In this document: piece after piece, positions 40,779 through 55,500 of the stretch
How the letters are laid out: each line of letters starts with the position of its first letter
How positions within the stretch are numbered: position 1 is the first letter of the stretch
From: Paramecium tetraurelia
Lineage: Eukaryota
Direction: 5' to 3'
NCBI GenBank assembly: GCA_000165425.1
Contig: CT868163.1
Span: 372,001 to 436,000, forward strand
Length of the DNA stretch: 64,000 bases
Translations under genes and position numbers: made by a program
The notes under the pieces: generated by a model
Told to the model about the DNA's origin: nothing
Seen by the model: the letters and a program-made list of their open reading frames with translations, nothing else
Databases searched by the model: none

Positions 40779-43700
40779 AAAATTATAGTTTAATTATTTT
40801 AGATTAATAAGAATAGAAAATGCTATAAATTATATATATATATCTCTTTCAATTCTTGATGATTATAATAATTAAAAATTATTCCAATTAAATTTATGTT
40901 AAAATTCATTTACTTTAACCTTTATTAATTCTGTCTTACAAAATTAGCTCTAACATTTAGTTCTTCATTATAAATTACTATAAAAATAAGAATTGTTAGC
41001 AAAATGACTCTTTAGTCTAACTGTAAAAAATTGTATCTTATTTTTTACAATTATTTTAGTAAGAATTCCATTCTTTATCACTTCCAACTGAATTGTTATC
41101 ATAAATTCAAGTACTATTATAAAATGATTAAAATTATTATAATTTTTTTATTTTGTCGTTAATATTTCTTCAATTTATTATAAAATTTGATGACCAAAAT
41201 TATATATACAATTTTATGTATTTTTTAGTGAATTTTTGCCCAATTCAATATGTTTGTATTTGATTTTACTCAATTTAAGGGATCGTTGTCTGTACACTTA
41301 CCAATATGATCTAGTATGACAAATTATACCCAATAAATGGTTAAAAAGTCAATATATATTTTGAATATATATTTTTATTCAGCACACCCTCCATCCTCAT
41401 CTATATCAAACTCGTTATTTCAAAAAGTTATTACGGTAAATTAATGACTCAACTTCGGCGATGATAAAATTACATTAAACTTTCTTAAAAATATAATTTT
41501 GAGGACTAATTTTATAAAAACGATATTAATCAAATTTTAGGGCAATGTGAATTCCTATCAATCAATCACACAATTATCTACTTGGTGGATTAATTTAACA
41601 TTTTATATTAGATATTATTTTAGATATCAGAGCTTTAAGCATAAAATTTACAACATCCCAAAGGAATTATTTCAAGAATTAATGTTTGTGAATTTCAAAC
41701 TTCTTAATAAGAAAATATCAAAATTCATTAGATGTGGATTTAATATATTTAAAATAATATCAAATAAGTTATTATATGAGGACAGATATTGAATATATAA
41801 GTCAAACAGAAAAATCGTACTTGTCAAGGCCTGACGGAGTCCTTGTCTTTTGTTAAGACTTAAGCTTTCTTCTTTATATAATAGGGTTCTTTTCAATGGA
41901 ATATTATTTGCTTCGTGATACCGGCGGTGATTGTACCAGGCTTTAAGTTATCAAATATGATTCAAATTTATCAGTTGTAGATTTATTTTGATTCTACACT
42001 ATTTTAGTTTTTGTGACAGAACACCCCATAAATTTTAATTATTATTTTTAATCTTAATTAACAAGTCATAGGAATTTAATTTAAATAAATTCTTTCTACT
42101 GATAGTCAACCCTATCTAATGTTTAATTACAATATAGATTAAGACTCATTTCTCAAGTTTTTTCTTTAATTGAAATATTTGTCAAATGATTTTTCAGATA
42201 TAAAAACATTATCGATTATATGTAAATGTTTAACTTTTGATATATTTGTTGGATTAATCGGTTTATTCCTTAACAAAAATCTATTTTTTAACTGTATATT
42301 TATTTCATAATTTAAATTTAATATGTATTACTTTAAAAACTTTGAAAAATCTCAAAGAATGGCCACTCTTGGTATAAATAATTTGAAAGTGTTATTTTTA
42401 CTCCACAACTATTATCTATTTGTAATTTAAAGTTTAGAATTATGACCCTATCCGTAACTATCATTATAATGAAAAAATAAACATGAATCCAAAAAAATAA
42501 TCTCCTAGTTGTTCTCATGAGTAAACTTGGCGTCAGGGATACATCAAATATAATTGATTATACTAACACATTTATACAAATAATGCAATTGTTTTAATCT
42601 AAAATGTTTTACTGAGTAGAGTAGTAAATCGGAATATATAAAAAATCTAATAACTATATTCTAATTGAAATTTTTTTTTATAAAAATATAATCAAAATAA
42701 AAAAAAATAATCTCCAAGGAATGAAAATTAATTAATTTTACTTTAATTGCATGCATGATTAAAACAAGCAATAATTAATTAAAAATCAAAATTTTGTTCT
42801 CCCATTGATTAAGGATTTATGATATCCAGCAACACAAATTATAAGTATAAAAATATCACTATAATCAAAAATATTATTCTTCTGAGGAGTGAAAAATAAA
42901 ATAAATTCTTTATTAAATAATTGAGAATTTAATTTAACTATTATAAATTTGAGTATATTAATCTCTAGCTAGCTGTTTTCTGAATCCCATTTAAAATTTA
43001 ACTACAATATATCCTTCTTTATTTATCCTAACAAACTACAAAAATATCGTAGACATTATTCAAACCTAAATTAGTGAAAGGAATCAAAAAACTATGTAAT
43101 GTGTCTTATCTATTTCATAATTGTTATCAATTTAACAATTTACACCTTTAAATTCTCTTCAGAGAATAATTACTAAAAATAACTTTAAATAAATTGAGTC
43201 TATTTACACTAAAAGAGAACTTTAAATTAATATTATTGCTGGTTGTTGAAAAAAAGTCATAACCCTTCGGTTTTTATAAATATGTATATATAAAAATACT
43301 TTTTATTATTTTTAGATTAAAATTAACCCTTTTATTTTAATCTGAGTTTATGGAACATCAATTTTTTAGGGTGACAGTTACTTAATATGATATCAAAAGA
43401 TCTTTTTTGTAGGAAGAACAATTATAATAATTTTCGAATAGGATGTAAGCATTTTCAATTCGTAATAATTATATTTTATATTTTATTGGAATTAAAAATG
43501 ATTAAAATTATAATTACCTTTAAAATTGAATTAGTTTATTCGCAATCTTTTTTTCTTTTTACCCTTTATCTGTTAATTCAGCAATTAAGTGAATTTTATA
43601 TCAGTTTCATTAAAATAATCAAGATATTGTTTTCAATAATAATATAAAATATATGAATAATCAAAATATTTTTCCATAATTATAATAGTTCACAAGGTTA

Positions 43701-43787
43701 TGACAACTCATGTATTATAGCCAAGCTTGCGTTTAATACCAGTTTTGATAATTGGAGTACTAAGTGTAATAAGAATTATTATATGAT

Positions 43788-44493
43788 TCATTATTTTGAA
43801 GGGTTTAAAACTCTTAAACTTATTTAGTTTCCACAATAGGTATTTCCTTTGAATTATTGTAATTCTATTATATTAATTCTTCTTTTTATTATTTTAATCT
43901 TCGAGTCCTCCTCTCTTTTTTCCCGACCCGGCCTTCATGTTTATAAAGAGAGAGAATTGCTTTCCCAGTTGAGAATTTAATTCCAAATTATTTAGCTGCT
44001 TGTCTTATTGTACAAGCTCCTTAATTTACTTTTTCGATGAAAGCTCTTCGAGTTTCATTTGAAATTTTGGAGTATTTCATAGATTCTATAAATAATTATC
44101 TTCAATTAGAAAAATAGCTTTTGGTTTTAAATTATTTGGATTTGGATTTCGGCAAGTAAATTATAGATGAGTTAACAATAATTATATATATATAAAATTA
44201 TAGAAACAATTAAAATAGCAAGTTAAAATACTTATATGGCGTATCTGGTTATTGACATGTTTTGTTATCCATAATATCTTTTTGTTATTTCATTCTATAT
44301 TGTAAGGCACTCCATTTTTAGATAATAACTTCCTTCTTATGATTCTATAATTATAGGACATTTAATTTGACCATAAAAAGGGCAGTTATGTGTGATTAAA
44401 TTATTGCTGTGCATTATATAATTTGTGTTTAAATTAATCGAAGGTTAATATATGTATTATTATTTTTTATTATTATGGAAATATGTCAATCAT
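43788..44493 (-). CDS. Helix-turn-helix (psq/homeodomain-like) DNA-binding protein; 5' exons uncertain
   Basis: KYSKISNETRRAFIEKVNQGACTIRQAAKQFGIKFSTGKAILSLYKHEGRVGKKERR. Confidence 0.7.
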
Positions 44494-45503
44494 ATAACTT
44501 TAAACAAATTTAATTTTCTTTATATTTTTTTAAATAATTAAATTCATTTATATATAAGTAATTCCTGCTATCAAAGTTTATTAAGAAATTCTTCTTGAAA
44601 TTTTATGGAAACAGCAACATTTGGCCAATTGTATTAAATAATTAATATCTACATTTTTTTTTAAATTAATTATGATTCACTTAATTATTAAATAAACATA
44701 ACTTAAATTAATGTTAAAAAATACATATCAAAAGATTACTTTATAGCAATCAATCAGATCAAAATTTTAAGGCTTAATTTCATAGTTTAACCAGGCCAAA
44801 TTGTAATTTTTAATATTTTGAAGTATCAACTTAGCAGGGATGGAATTTAACTCATCCTAATTATATAATAATTTTAGAATTGACTTTACCCCATCATTAA
44901 GCAAGTGAGATTGATTTAAACTATTTTTGATGATTAAAAAATACAAAGTAATAAACAAATAATTTAAGCTACTAAAAAGTATTATTATAAATCTAAAATA
45001 AAGAGGCAATCAATGAAAAAATAAATATTGTTGTTATTCTATGTTGAAAATTAAAAATATAGAAACTTATAACATATTCTTAATTTTCTTTATTTAAATT
45101 CGTAAAACTAATTATCCGTACTACCAAATTGATATGAGTGTTTCAAGGTCTTATATTTTGACTGTGATAAAAATGTGAAAATGTAAATTAAATTCATGAA
45201 TATATGAAGTATTCAGATGAAATTTTACTAATGTAATAGATTTTCTTAGAATATTTCAAATTCAATAAGTATTAATACAACGAAAGTGATAATGAATAAT
45301 AGAAAAATGATAAACTATTGTTTTAATGATTAAAGAAAACTTGTAAGCATAATTGATCCTAAACCTTATTAAATAGTTATTCATTCAATCGTACTCATAG
45401 TTGATAACCAGGTTTCAGATGATACAACAATGAAAAAACAAATATGCAATGATAATTTGATAAACTATGAAACATAATTTATATTGATAATTGAACATAT
45501 TTA

Positions 45504-47041
45504 TCAAAAGGCTTTCTCTGATGCTCCTCTTTGATCTATTATTATTCCATGCAATTTATATTAAACAGTTAATTTATTCTCCAAAACGGTCTTTAAATCT
45601 TAAATAGCTATCTAATGAGATCTCTTATCATTAGTATTGGTGTATAATCTTGCATTCTATAAATATTTCTATAAATTACACTACTGTTATCAAGAACAGA
45701 GATTATGTATACTTCCTTAATGTTATATGCATTGCTCATAGTATCTAGATATTATTTTAAGCTTTGTTCTTAAAGAGAATTATTCTGTAAACCAAACACA
45801 CCTCCAGGATATGTGAATACATCGAAATCATCGATACCTCGAGTTCTAAAGAATGCAGACACTTAATTCCTTGCTGCTGAACTGCTATCAGTAATTGCAA
45901 GCACTTTGATAGACTTATTCTAATATTGAACATTTCCTTAGCCTTAGGTATTTCTATAATAATAAAATATGATGCTTACTATCCACCGCCATATTGTTGA
46001 GATACTCCATCAATTCCATAAAATTGCTAGAGATTTTTTTAGAATCTAGGATCCTACTCTAGTCTTTGGAGTTTATTTTATTCAATAGCATTAATTTATT
46101 ATTATTATTGTGATTGTTTGGTTACTTGTTTTTTTGGTTGTGAAGGGTCATCGGCAGCAAAAAATTTATTAAGATTCTTTTAAAAATTGGGATCACTCAC
46201 CAATCTAGGATCAGGAGGAGCATCATTAAATTATTGATATCTTTACTGTTATTATTATGAGTGGCTAGTGTATTATTTTTAAGCAGCAGGTTTTTTGACT
46301 TAGGAGGGATCATCAGCAGCAAAGAATTTATTTAAGTTTTGTTAAAATTGTTGATCATTTTAGCTTCTTGACTATTATCCTTGATATTGTTGTTGGGGAT
46401 AAGATTATTGTGGATATGCATTATTTGCCCTAGAATTACTTTGTCTGATGTTATTATTTTATTTATTGAACTAAGAGGGATCATCAGCCGCAAAAAATTT
46501 GACAAGATTCTTCTGAAATTAAGGGTCTGATGGTATTGAATTGTTTGTTTTGTTATTAGATTTTTATTAGATTTGATTGGGGTCATCAGCAGCGAAGAAT
46601 TTCACCAAATTCTTTTGAAATTATGCATCATTAACACTCCCTCCTGCTCCAATCAGACCTGCTGATGTAGCATAGCCACCAGCATTTTATTGTTGGCCTT
46701 AGGACGAGTATTTGTATTGAGTAGGGTCTTGTTGATAACTAATTGGATTTCTGACAAGAGGGGCTCCCGTGAGGGGATCTAAATTTTGAATATGAATATA
46801 CTAATGGAGCTGGCCTATAAGGCAACCTTCTTATCAAAATTAGAATTATTATATTGCTATTAATTGTATGATTAATCAGGTCTCAACATTGCACCTGTTA
46901 ATGGATCTATATAGGGAATGAATGAAATGTTGATTTACTTATGCTACTAGATTATAAATATAATTATTTTTCTTTAAGATTGATTGAATCCATCGTAGGT
47001 TCTTATTAATATCTAGTTTTGGAACTTGGACGGTTATACAT
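45504..47041 (-). CDS. Gln-rich hypothetical protein with four FQxNLxKFFAADDP repeats
   Basis: MYNRPSSKTRY..; repeats at about 46582-46632, 46478-46528, 46307-46357 and 46145-46195; ends QRGASEKAF*. Confidence 0.75.
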
Positions 47042-47091
47042 TTAATGAATATATATATTAATAATAATTTGAATATAAAACTAACCACAAA

Positions 47092-47941
47092 TCAATAAGT
47101 AATGCTTTAAATTTGAATAAGTTAGGAAAAGAGTTTGGCAGCTTTTACATTGGCAAGTATTGTCTCTTCGTCGAAATCGTGATGTCCTTCGATCTTGCCA
47201 TTTAAAGAGATTTAGTAATCTTCTTCAATCCTTGATAATTTGACTGCCTCTTGGACATCAATCTGATTATTCCAGATCTGAAAAGCCAGAATGCATGACT
47301 TTAAGTTTTCTAGTGATTAATTCAAACATACCAACTTTGGAGTCCAGACAAACTAGTTGCCAACTATTCAACTCCTTAAGAATTGTTTCAATTCTAATTT
47401 AATCATATTATTTTAAGGGTTCTACATCTAATCCAAAATTGGCCTTTAAATGCATACCAAATTTTTGATTGAATAATTTTAATTGAGGGTCTAATTTTTA
47501 CATTTATATTTAGTAAAGTTCTGAATGGGATTGCTCCCTAAATAAAACTGTATCTCTCTCCAGATAACTGATAATCGAATGCTCCATGAATTCCCTCATA
47601 TTCTCATCCGCTTCAATATCCACAGCATTTCTAGCCAACGTCATTAATGGCATAGTGGCAGGGTTAATGAATTCTGCTTATGCACTAAATTCATCAGCAA
47701 TTCGTTAAGCCAATTATGGTGTTGGGATTGACAATTCATTTTTGGAAGGAGTCTTCACTGTTTTCCCATCCAACTAAATATCTCCATGGATTCAATATAC
47801 CTTTACTAGCCATTAGCGATATGGATCAGCCTCTCCGAATGCCATTTCAATTTTAACATCCTTGTAAAACCTCTTGATTTGTAAGGTCTGCGAAGTGGAT
47901 ATCTGTTCTGTAAATCTAAATTTAAGTAATAAACCCCTCAT
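47092..47941 (-). CDS. ATP12: Mitochondrial F1-ATPase assembly chaperone ATP12 (ATPAF2)
   Basis: IKRFYKDVKI, LDGKTVKTPSKNELSIPT, IADEF, MPLMTLARNAVD, YLERDTVLFR, EAVKLSRIEEDYQ. Confidence 0.9.
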
Positions 47942-48011
47942 CTTAAATTATAAAATTAATAAACAACATCATTTATTTTCTATTCACATAATATTAGAAA
48001 TTTAATAACAT

Positions 48012-48693
48012 TCAACCAGATCCCATAAATTGCTAAGCAAAAGTCCTCTTGGCAGATGCGAATACTGAAGAAAATGCTCCTCCTTATATACTAGTGCTTT
48101 CTTGTTTTTCCAAGTTTATGGCTTCAGTATCTCTCATGGTTGCTCTGGCTATGATCACTGATGGATCTATTGTAATGATTATTCTAATATTAATTATTCT
48201 ATCTATTTACATACCCCTGATCACAAATCTCATCAATTATTATTATGACTTGATCAAAGTTCTCTAATAAGGTTTTCTTATTGATATGATCCTTTGTTAT
48301 GTGATTCAATGACTCATAGATTCCATTTATAACTTATGACAATATGATCTCATTTTCCTCAAAGTCACCCAACACAAACAAGTGTACTTCATTAAATGCC
48401 TTCATTACAATGTTAAACTAGCAATATTGAAATATCTCAGCTTTAAAATCATAAGCATCAATCATACTTTCACTTCCCTTAGTCAAACGAGCTCCAACTC
48501 TCTTTCCCTTCTCCCATACATTATGTTCGAATTATTTTTACACGTCAATATTTGTAAGCACACCCTCTGGCACTCTTAATAAATTCTTTGGAAACAACTA
48601 TGGGTAGTATTTCGAGTACAGTCTTGTACCATCCTATGATCTTACGAATATTATTCCAAATATTTTAGATAAAGAAGTAGATAATTAACTCAT
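48012..48693 (-). CDS. COPZ: Coatomer subunit zeta
   Basis: DGTRLYSKYY, VHLFVLGDFEENEIILSQV, KKTLLENFDQVIIIIDEICDQG, IDPSVIIARATM, FASAKRTFAQ. Confidence 0.88.
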
Positions 48694-48724
48694 TCAATAA
48701 TAATATTTATATATATGTTTTAGA

Positions 48725-49696
48725 TCATTATCCAACATACTCAAACATACTAATAAATCCATTGTTCTATCCTACTACCAATTGTTTATTATCATTTGAT
48801 ATATCAATGCATGAAACCAAATCCTTCACCTCAATTGTTTACATAAACACCCATTTATTGTCTTTCAATTATTTCATTATTCTCACTTATGAGCCTTCTC
48901 CAATAAGCAGAATGCTTGAATTCAAATTAAAATAAATCACCTCGATAGTCTTCTCACTCTAATACTGACATTATAATTCATATTTTTAACTTTGTTGGTT
49001 TTTCTCCCAAATAATAGCGTTACCCTTCTAATCAGCACCAACCAATATATCTTTTGAACTGCTAAATCTCACCTTGGTTATAGATCCTTGATGTAATTCC
49101 AATCTCTAATAGATCTACCATTCATTGTTTATTTATTTCCAAATTGATATATGACCATCTGTAAATCCAATTGCAATCTCTTGGGAATCTCGATTAAAAC
49201 TTACGCTTGTTGTAAATATGCATTCATCTTCAGTGAAAGTCTCATTCAAAGAACTTATCTCAACCCATTCTTAATTCTAATTTTCCAAAGCAACGGCAAA
49301 ATCATATAAGCATTACACCATTCTTGTTGATGTGTTATTCAATTACAATTCTAGAATTTGATTGCCTTCAGATTCTCTAATTGTTTTTGACACCCATTTA
49401 TCTTATTCCTAATTATAGCTTAGTTGATCTATTTATCCTTTTTTATGAGCATAAACGAAGCTGCCTAGTGCTTAGCTGAAAGTGCAACATTGTAATTATT
49501 AATTCTCCAAAACTACTTCTTTCAGTGCCCATTCTTTATTTTATTACTCAAGTTTAATAAAATGATCATCCTTTCCTATACTAATTATATTAGTATCATC
49601 CTTAACAAATTTAACCGATAGAATCTTAGAATTCTAATGTTTTTGGTGGCATACTTCTTGATAATAAACCTTCTTGTTTTTTGAATCTTGTTACAT
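48725..49696 (-). CDS. WD40-repeat protein
   Basis: Intronless, 972 nt; TSVSFNRDSQEIAIGFTDGHISIWK, ELHQGSITKVRFSSSKDILVGADQKGNAIIWE. Confidence 0.75.
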
Positions 49697-50053
49697 ATTT
49701 TAATAAAGAAATACAAATCTCGATATCAATTTATATTCTTAAATAAACCAGAATTTATTAGTATTTTCTATAATATAATTAAAGTTTATATTAGCCATCT
49801 AAATATATTACCTAAAACTACTAGAAAATAATATTGTTAACAAAATTAGTGGATGTTGCATCTATATATCATTTGATTTCACATAATTATTGAGATATCT
49901 ATAATTTTTTAACTAAGATAATATTAGATATTAAGAAGATTTAGCTAAGGTGTATGGATAGTTGACTCATCTATATCTCATTTAGTAAGAAAGAAAATGA
50001 TACTTATTTATGAAAGCAATTTATTTTATTTATATATATTTTTATAACTTAAA

Positions 50054-51132
50054 ATGTAAAGAGCTTAATCTGCAGCACCTAATTTTGGTATTTTGAGTAA
50101 CTAAACTAGACTTTCCCATGGAAGATATGTTTAAGATAGCAACTAGACAAACATCAGGTTTTGGAATTGAGGGGTATGAAGCTCCAAAAAAGTACGTTGA
50201 TCCAATTAAATAAATGGAAGATAGAAAATTTTTAACTCAAAAGAAAGGTAGAGTATGATAATGATGATTAAGGTTAAAAAAATAGAAATCATGTCACAAA
50301 ACGAGGACATTATTTAGAAGATTTGAAAAAATTATATGAGAAGTTACCTGCGCCAAACAAATATGATATTGTTAAACCATGGGTTCCACTAAAATAAGAA
50401 GGAAGAGTCAAGAGTGCTCCATAGAAGAGGTAAATATTCTAAATGTATTTTAAATAGATGCACATTTATAGACTAAATATTCAAAGAAGCAAAAGTAAGA
50501 GGAGTTCCTGGAGCTGGTAAATATAATGTGATACCTACTCTTGAGGATGTTTTAAAATAAGTTGAAGAAGATAAGAAAAAAAAAATAGCGTAATCGTTCT
50601 TAAGTTATTAGATAGACCAGTTGAAAGACCAACTTACTTAAATGAAATTCAACATTTAGCTGTAATCAATCCAGGTCCTGGAAATTATAATCCTCATGTA
50701 AGAGTTCTCTTGAATTATAATAGAGAATAGAGAAAAAACTGAAAATGAATGAGACAAAGCCAGCTGATTAAATTGCAAAACACAAAGAATAAGAAAGAAA
50801 GAGAGGCAAATCATGTTTGCCAGATATTGGAACTTATAATCCAGAGCCTGTCGAATTTACATCCTTTAACAAGTTGCAACAACTCTCAAAAAAGAAGGAC
50901 AAATCTGATAAACATGTTAATATTAGTATCCCATAATTTATAGAATTTTGGAAAAGAAGACAGATTTAAGGATCCTAAAAAAACTAAATCGAAGTAACTT
51001 CCTGTACCAGGTCCAGGGTAATATCCTATGATTGTATAATGGGCTGGTAAGGAGAAGGATAAAAACAATCCAAAATAGAAGAACTATTTGGATGTCACCA
51101 CAAGAGGCATTTCTCGTTCAATATATTATTGA
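50054..51132 (+). CDS. SHIPPO/PGPG-Y repeat ciliary protein (ODF3/STPG-like)
   Basis: LPAPNKYD, VPGAGKYNV, NPGPGNYNP, PDIGTYNP, PVPGPGQYP; several short introns. Confidence 0.78.
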
Positions 51133-52518
51133 ATTAAACTTTATTTATTATTATTCAATTTTTCATAATAAATGTAATAAGTGGAATGATGAAGTCTTTT
51201 TATAAAGAAGACAATGTCTTAATCAATTGAAAAATATAAGTGGAGATTTTATGAGGTTGACAATTTAAATTGAGTAGTATTACAATGCCTCCGAATTTTT
51301 CAATTGTGCACGTGCAGATCTTTAAGAATGCTAATTAATATTTTTAATCTAAATGAATAAACCTTATTAATATAATCTCGAAGAGAAGGAACAGTATTAA
51401 AAGAAGAAGCAAGTATATTTAAGATTTTGCCAACTCAAATGTAGGTTTATGTTGCAAAATTAGTTTTCATTGAATGGATTTTGGAAAGTTTAGAATGTAA
51501 ACAAAATAACTAATTATAAAATAGTGAATTTTCCTAACTATTATTCTTAAACAACCATCCTTTAAGTAGCAGTTTATATTAATAGTTGAATCTAAATATT
51601 GTACTCTCTATACTCAAAAATTTATGATTACCAAAAGATGTAATAATTAATTGAATATCAAAATAATTATAGAAGATCTTCATTCGACTTCATTCATCTC
51701 ATCTTCTTTCAACTATCAAAATCCTTTCATATTTGTAAAGGTTAAATCATATAGCTATATTCTAAATTAAACTTAGGTAACTCGGTTTTGATTACCTATG
51801 TTATTAAAGAATATTTAAAAACAATCCTCTATTTTGTTGATTAATCTTTGGTTATAGAACTGTAATTTAATATCACTTCTGTTTTTCTCATTTCAAAGAT
51901 ATATATAGAATATTGACTTTGCTTATCTGATAATAGATCCTTTTAAATCTTTTGTTAGATCAATTGTATTTGCACTATTGCATTCTAATATCCATTCCTA
52001 CTATAATAACTATTTTTTAAGGATCAAGCTAATATCGAAAAGTCTCAAGTTAGATGTTCATAAATGTAAATAAAATTTGTAAATATTTCTGATAAAAAAA
52101 TGATTAATAATAATTAATAATACAAATTATAATAGATATATCAAGGATATTAATACTTAAACGAGGTATCATTAAATTAATTGAATTTTAATAAATTTTA
52201 ACCAAAGAATAATTTAGAATTCAACTTCGTATTACTTTACAATGTTTGATTTAACCAATATCGATATCAAAATAGACTATTTTAATTAGCTTAATTAATC
52301 AAGCAATTAAAAAAAATATATATATTATTTATATTAATTATATCTTGTTATTTGTAATATTGTACAAAATTTCATATGCGCAAAAATATATAAGCTTAAA
52401 ACTTTAATCATTTGAAGTTCAACAAATAAATATTACTAATCAAAAAAGCAAGAATATTTAAAAAGACTAAGTTGACTATTTGACATATCAAAGATCTTAA
52501 AATTCTTATTATTAATTA

Positions 52519-55500
52519 ATGATTTTTTTATCTAGTCTATTTATAACATTATATAGCTTTGCATTATATCCCTCTTATAATGTCTATCTAACTTAGGGAG
52601 AAACTTATTCCCTACCTTTGAATGAATTATTTAAAGAAATAAGACTTAACTTCACTATTTTGGATTGCCCTAGCAATGTTCAATTATTTAAGACCTTAAA
52701 TTTATTATCTGAATAGAATAATAGTATTATTAGATAAGTTATTTAGATTAAAAATTTACTTCAATTTCCTCATCATCTCAATACTACTTACTAACTACTT
52801 AAGTTAATGTATTAAATTTGTATTTTTGGAATTCAGGCTATTTAAATCTCATAAATAAAATAAAATTACCACAATAAACTTGTTTGAATGCTTTACTAAC
52901 TAAAGAAGATTCAATAATTGTAGACTGCTACAATTTGAATAATTTAAGTATTTATTTATATCAAAAGAATTCCTGGACAATTGCTTACTCAGAATTAACT
53001 CAATAAATACCAAAAAAAACAGACCTTAAATAATTTATAAGTAATTCAATTAACTTTATTCTTTATGCATAATATTATGAAGATAATTAAATCTTAACAC
53101 AGTTTTACTTTAGTCAAGATTAATTATACAATTTTTCAATTTGGACATAACCATTTATTAACTTTATTGTTACTAATAAATTGCAATCTCAAAATACAAT
53201 ATACTTATGGAATAATCAATTCTTATATATATTAAATGTTACTGAATATGAGTTGTAATCTACAAATATTGTTTATTTCTCTTAAATAATAGATGTTTTA
53301 TTATTCAATCCATAGAATATGTTTTACTAATGCGATAAGTTATTAATAATTGCTCATGATCAAAGCTTATAATTTCAAGTATGTAATTAGAATACAATGA
53401 TATAAGAATATTAAAATTAGATCAACCTTAATAATGTGAACTACATCTCTTAAGCTTTCTTAAGTAATTAGTTCTTAATTTTATAATTATTTGATCTAAT
53501 AGAGATTTACGAGATTATTGATTTTTATTTCAACTTAATTGGAGGACTTCAACTAAATTCTTCATTTTCTTAAGTTTCATTTGATTATAATAGCAATTAA
53601 TTATTTATATTTAGTGATACTGAGATTACGACTTACTAAGTAGCTTATCCTAAGATAAAATTCGAATCTGATTAGAATTTGTCAAATTATCAATTATTTA
53701 TACAAGGAAGTCCATATTAGATAAATTAAACTGATGCCTATAAATGCTAAAATTGTATGGTATAGGTAAATGTTAGTGTTCTCTCAATTAATGATAACAA
53801 CACATATTTAACTCATGAGATTAGCCATTAAATTGTAATTAATTTTTTAAGTCAACATTACCATAAATTCATCTCATAATACTCAGGTTCCCTCTTAGTT
53901 GCAAATTTCTCAGTTGATGAATCAAGCCTTGGAAACTTTACGGATACAACATTTCGAAATATAGGCTCGATAAATTAGAAATTCGAAAATTTACAATTTT
54001 TAAGTGGAGGTTATGCTGTTGGAATAACAAACCAAACTATTGTTTTAATATCTTTATAAATGTAGCACAATCATTTTAATTAACAAATTATGAATTTTAT
54101 TGAATGTAATTGGGAAATATAACCACAACAACAATTTATATTAACTTTTCTTGAACCATTTTAATAATTCTATTTGCTATTTTAATAAATTGTACTTCTG
54201 CTTGAATCAAACATAATTTAAATTTGTAATTTTTTTGAAGATTGCACAGATTTATAAATTAAAAATGATATAAAACCAGTTGGTATAGCATTGAATTAAC
54301 AATTATGTTCATCAACTTTATATATTAATAACAATCATAAAAGCATTATTGTTGGCTAAATAACATCATCAAATACTTATATTATATTCAGTTAAATAGA
54401 TGTTAAAATTCAAGTTTAAGATATGAAAATTGTAAATAATCGGTTGATATTAAATTATTATTGCTAGTAGAATTAATTTATTTGTTTTTAAGTCTGGAAT
54501 GTTGCAAATTTGAACTCCCCATATTTTGAAAAGAATTTAAGAAGTATTTTGAACTCAAATAATATTTAATTATTTGCTGATAATCTATTTTATTATGTTC
54601 AGACTAATAATTAAATCTATGTTTATAATCCAGTTGTGCTTGAACATTCTTCATTATTTTATACATTTAACTATAATGGATCCTATTTTACGACCACCTC
54701 TATTTAATCTAAGGCTTTCATTTCATTCAATTCTTAATTTTACTAGCTATTTCCAATCTTAGTGTATTCTTATCAAACTACAATCAATATGTTCCAGAAT
54801 GATATAACACTTTTGCTTAACACTTTTAATGCTTCAATTTCAAGTTAAATTGGAACTCAAACTTTTATTGATTATATCTCCAATTAAGATATCATCATTT
54901 TGAATAATTTTTTGTAGATTCAACCGAAGAATTAAACATATAATGTTTCGCAAAGCCATGTAACATTAACATCAGATAATATAACTTTTAGTGGATAAGT
55001 TGGATGGTTTTCAATAAGTTGTGATGGGAAATCGAATTCTCAAGTTATCAATATTTTAAATTTTACCTCTATGCGTAAGAATGTGATTGCTGCATTTAAT
55101 AAGTAAATTTTAGTTTTAGATTACTACCAGTAAAATTATTTAATATGTTACTTATAAGTTTATAATATAACTTCAAAAGGGACAATAAAAAGGGTATCAC
55201 TCTAATAAAAATATCCAAAATATTGTTTAAACAGATTTGCCTAAATGAATGCTTAATATATATTTTTAGTTTGCGCTCAGACTTATTAGCAAAGCTATTT
55301 AGGATATGACTTAGTTATGATCAATATCACAAACGCATCATTAGGTTAAATGACTACCTTATCTAATTTTACAATAATAGAACTAAGTCCAATACTATAG
55401 GATGATACTTTATATATTTGCAATAGATACTAAATTTCAATCTATTATATAAATTAGAATATTTTTTAACGTATCCAAACGTAATGTAATTTGATTAGTT

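Noticed and set aside
46140..46640. Repeat-spacer pattern superficially like a CRISPR array
   Set aside because: Repeats vary at synonymous positions, spacers are irregular and in frame, the context is eukaryotic and there are no cas genes
51172..52100. Coding-like stretch downstream of the SHIPPO-repeat gene
   Set aside because: Multiple TGA stops and no recognisable motif; at best a decayed gene
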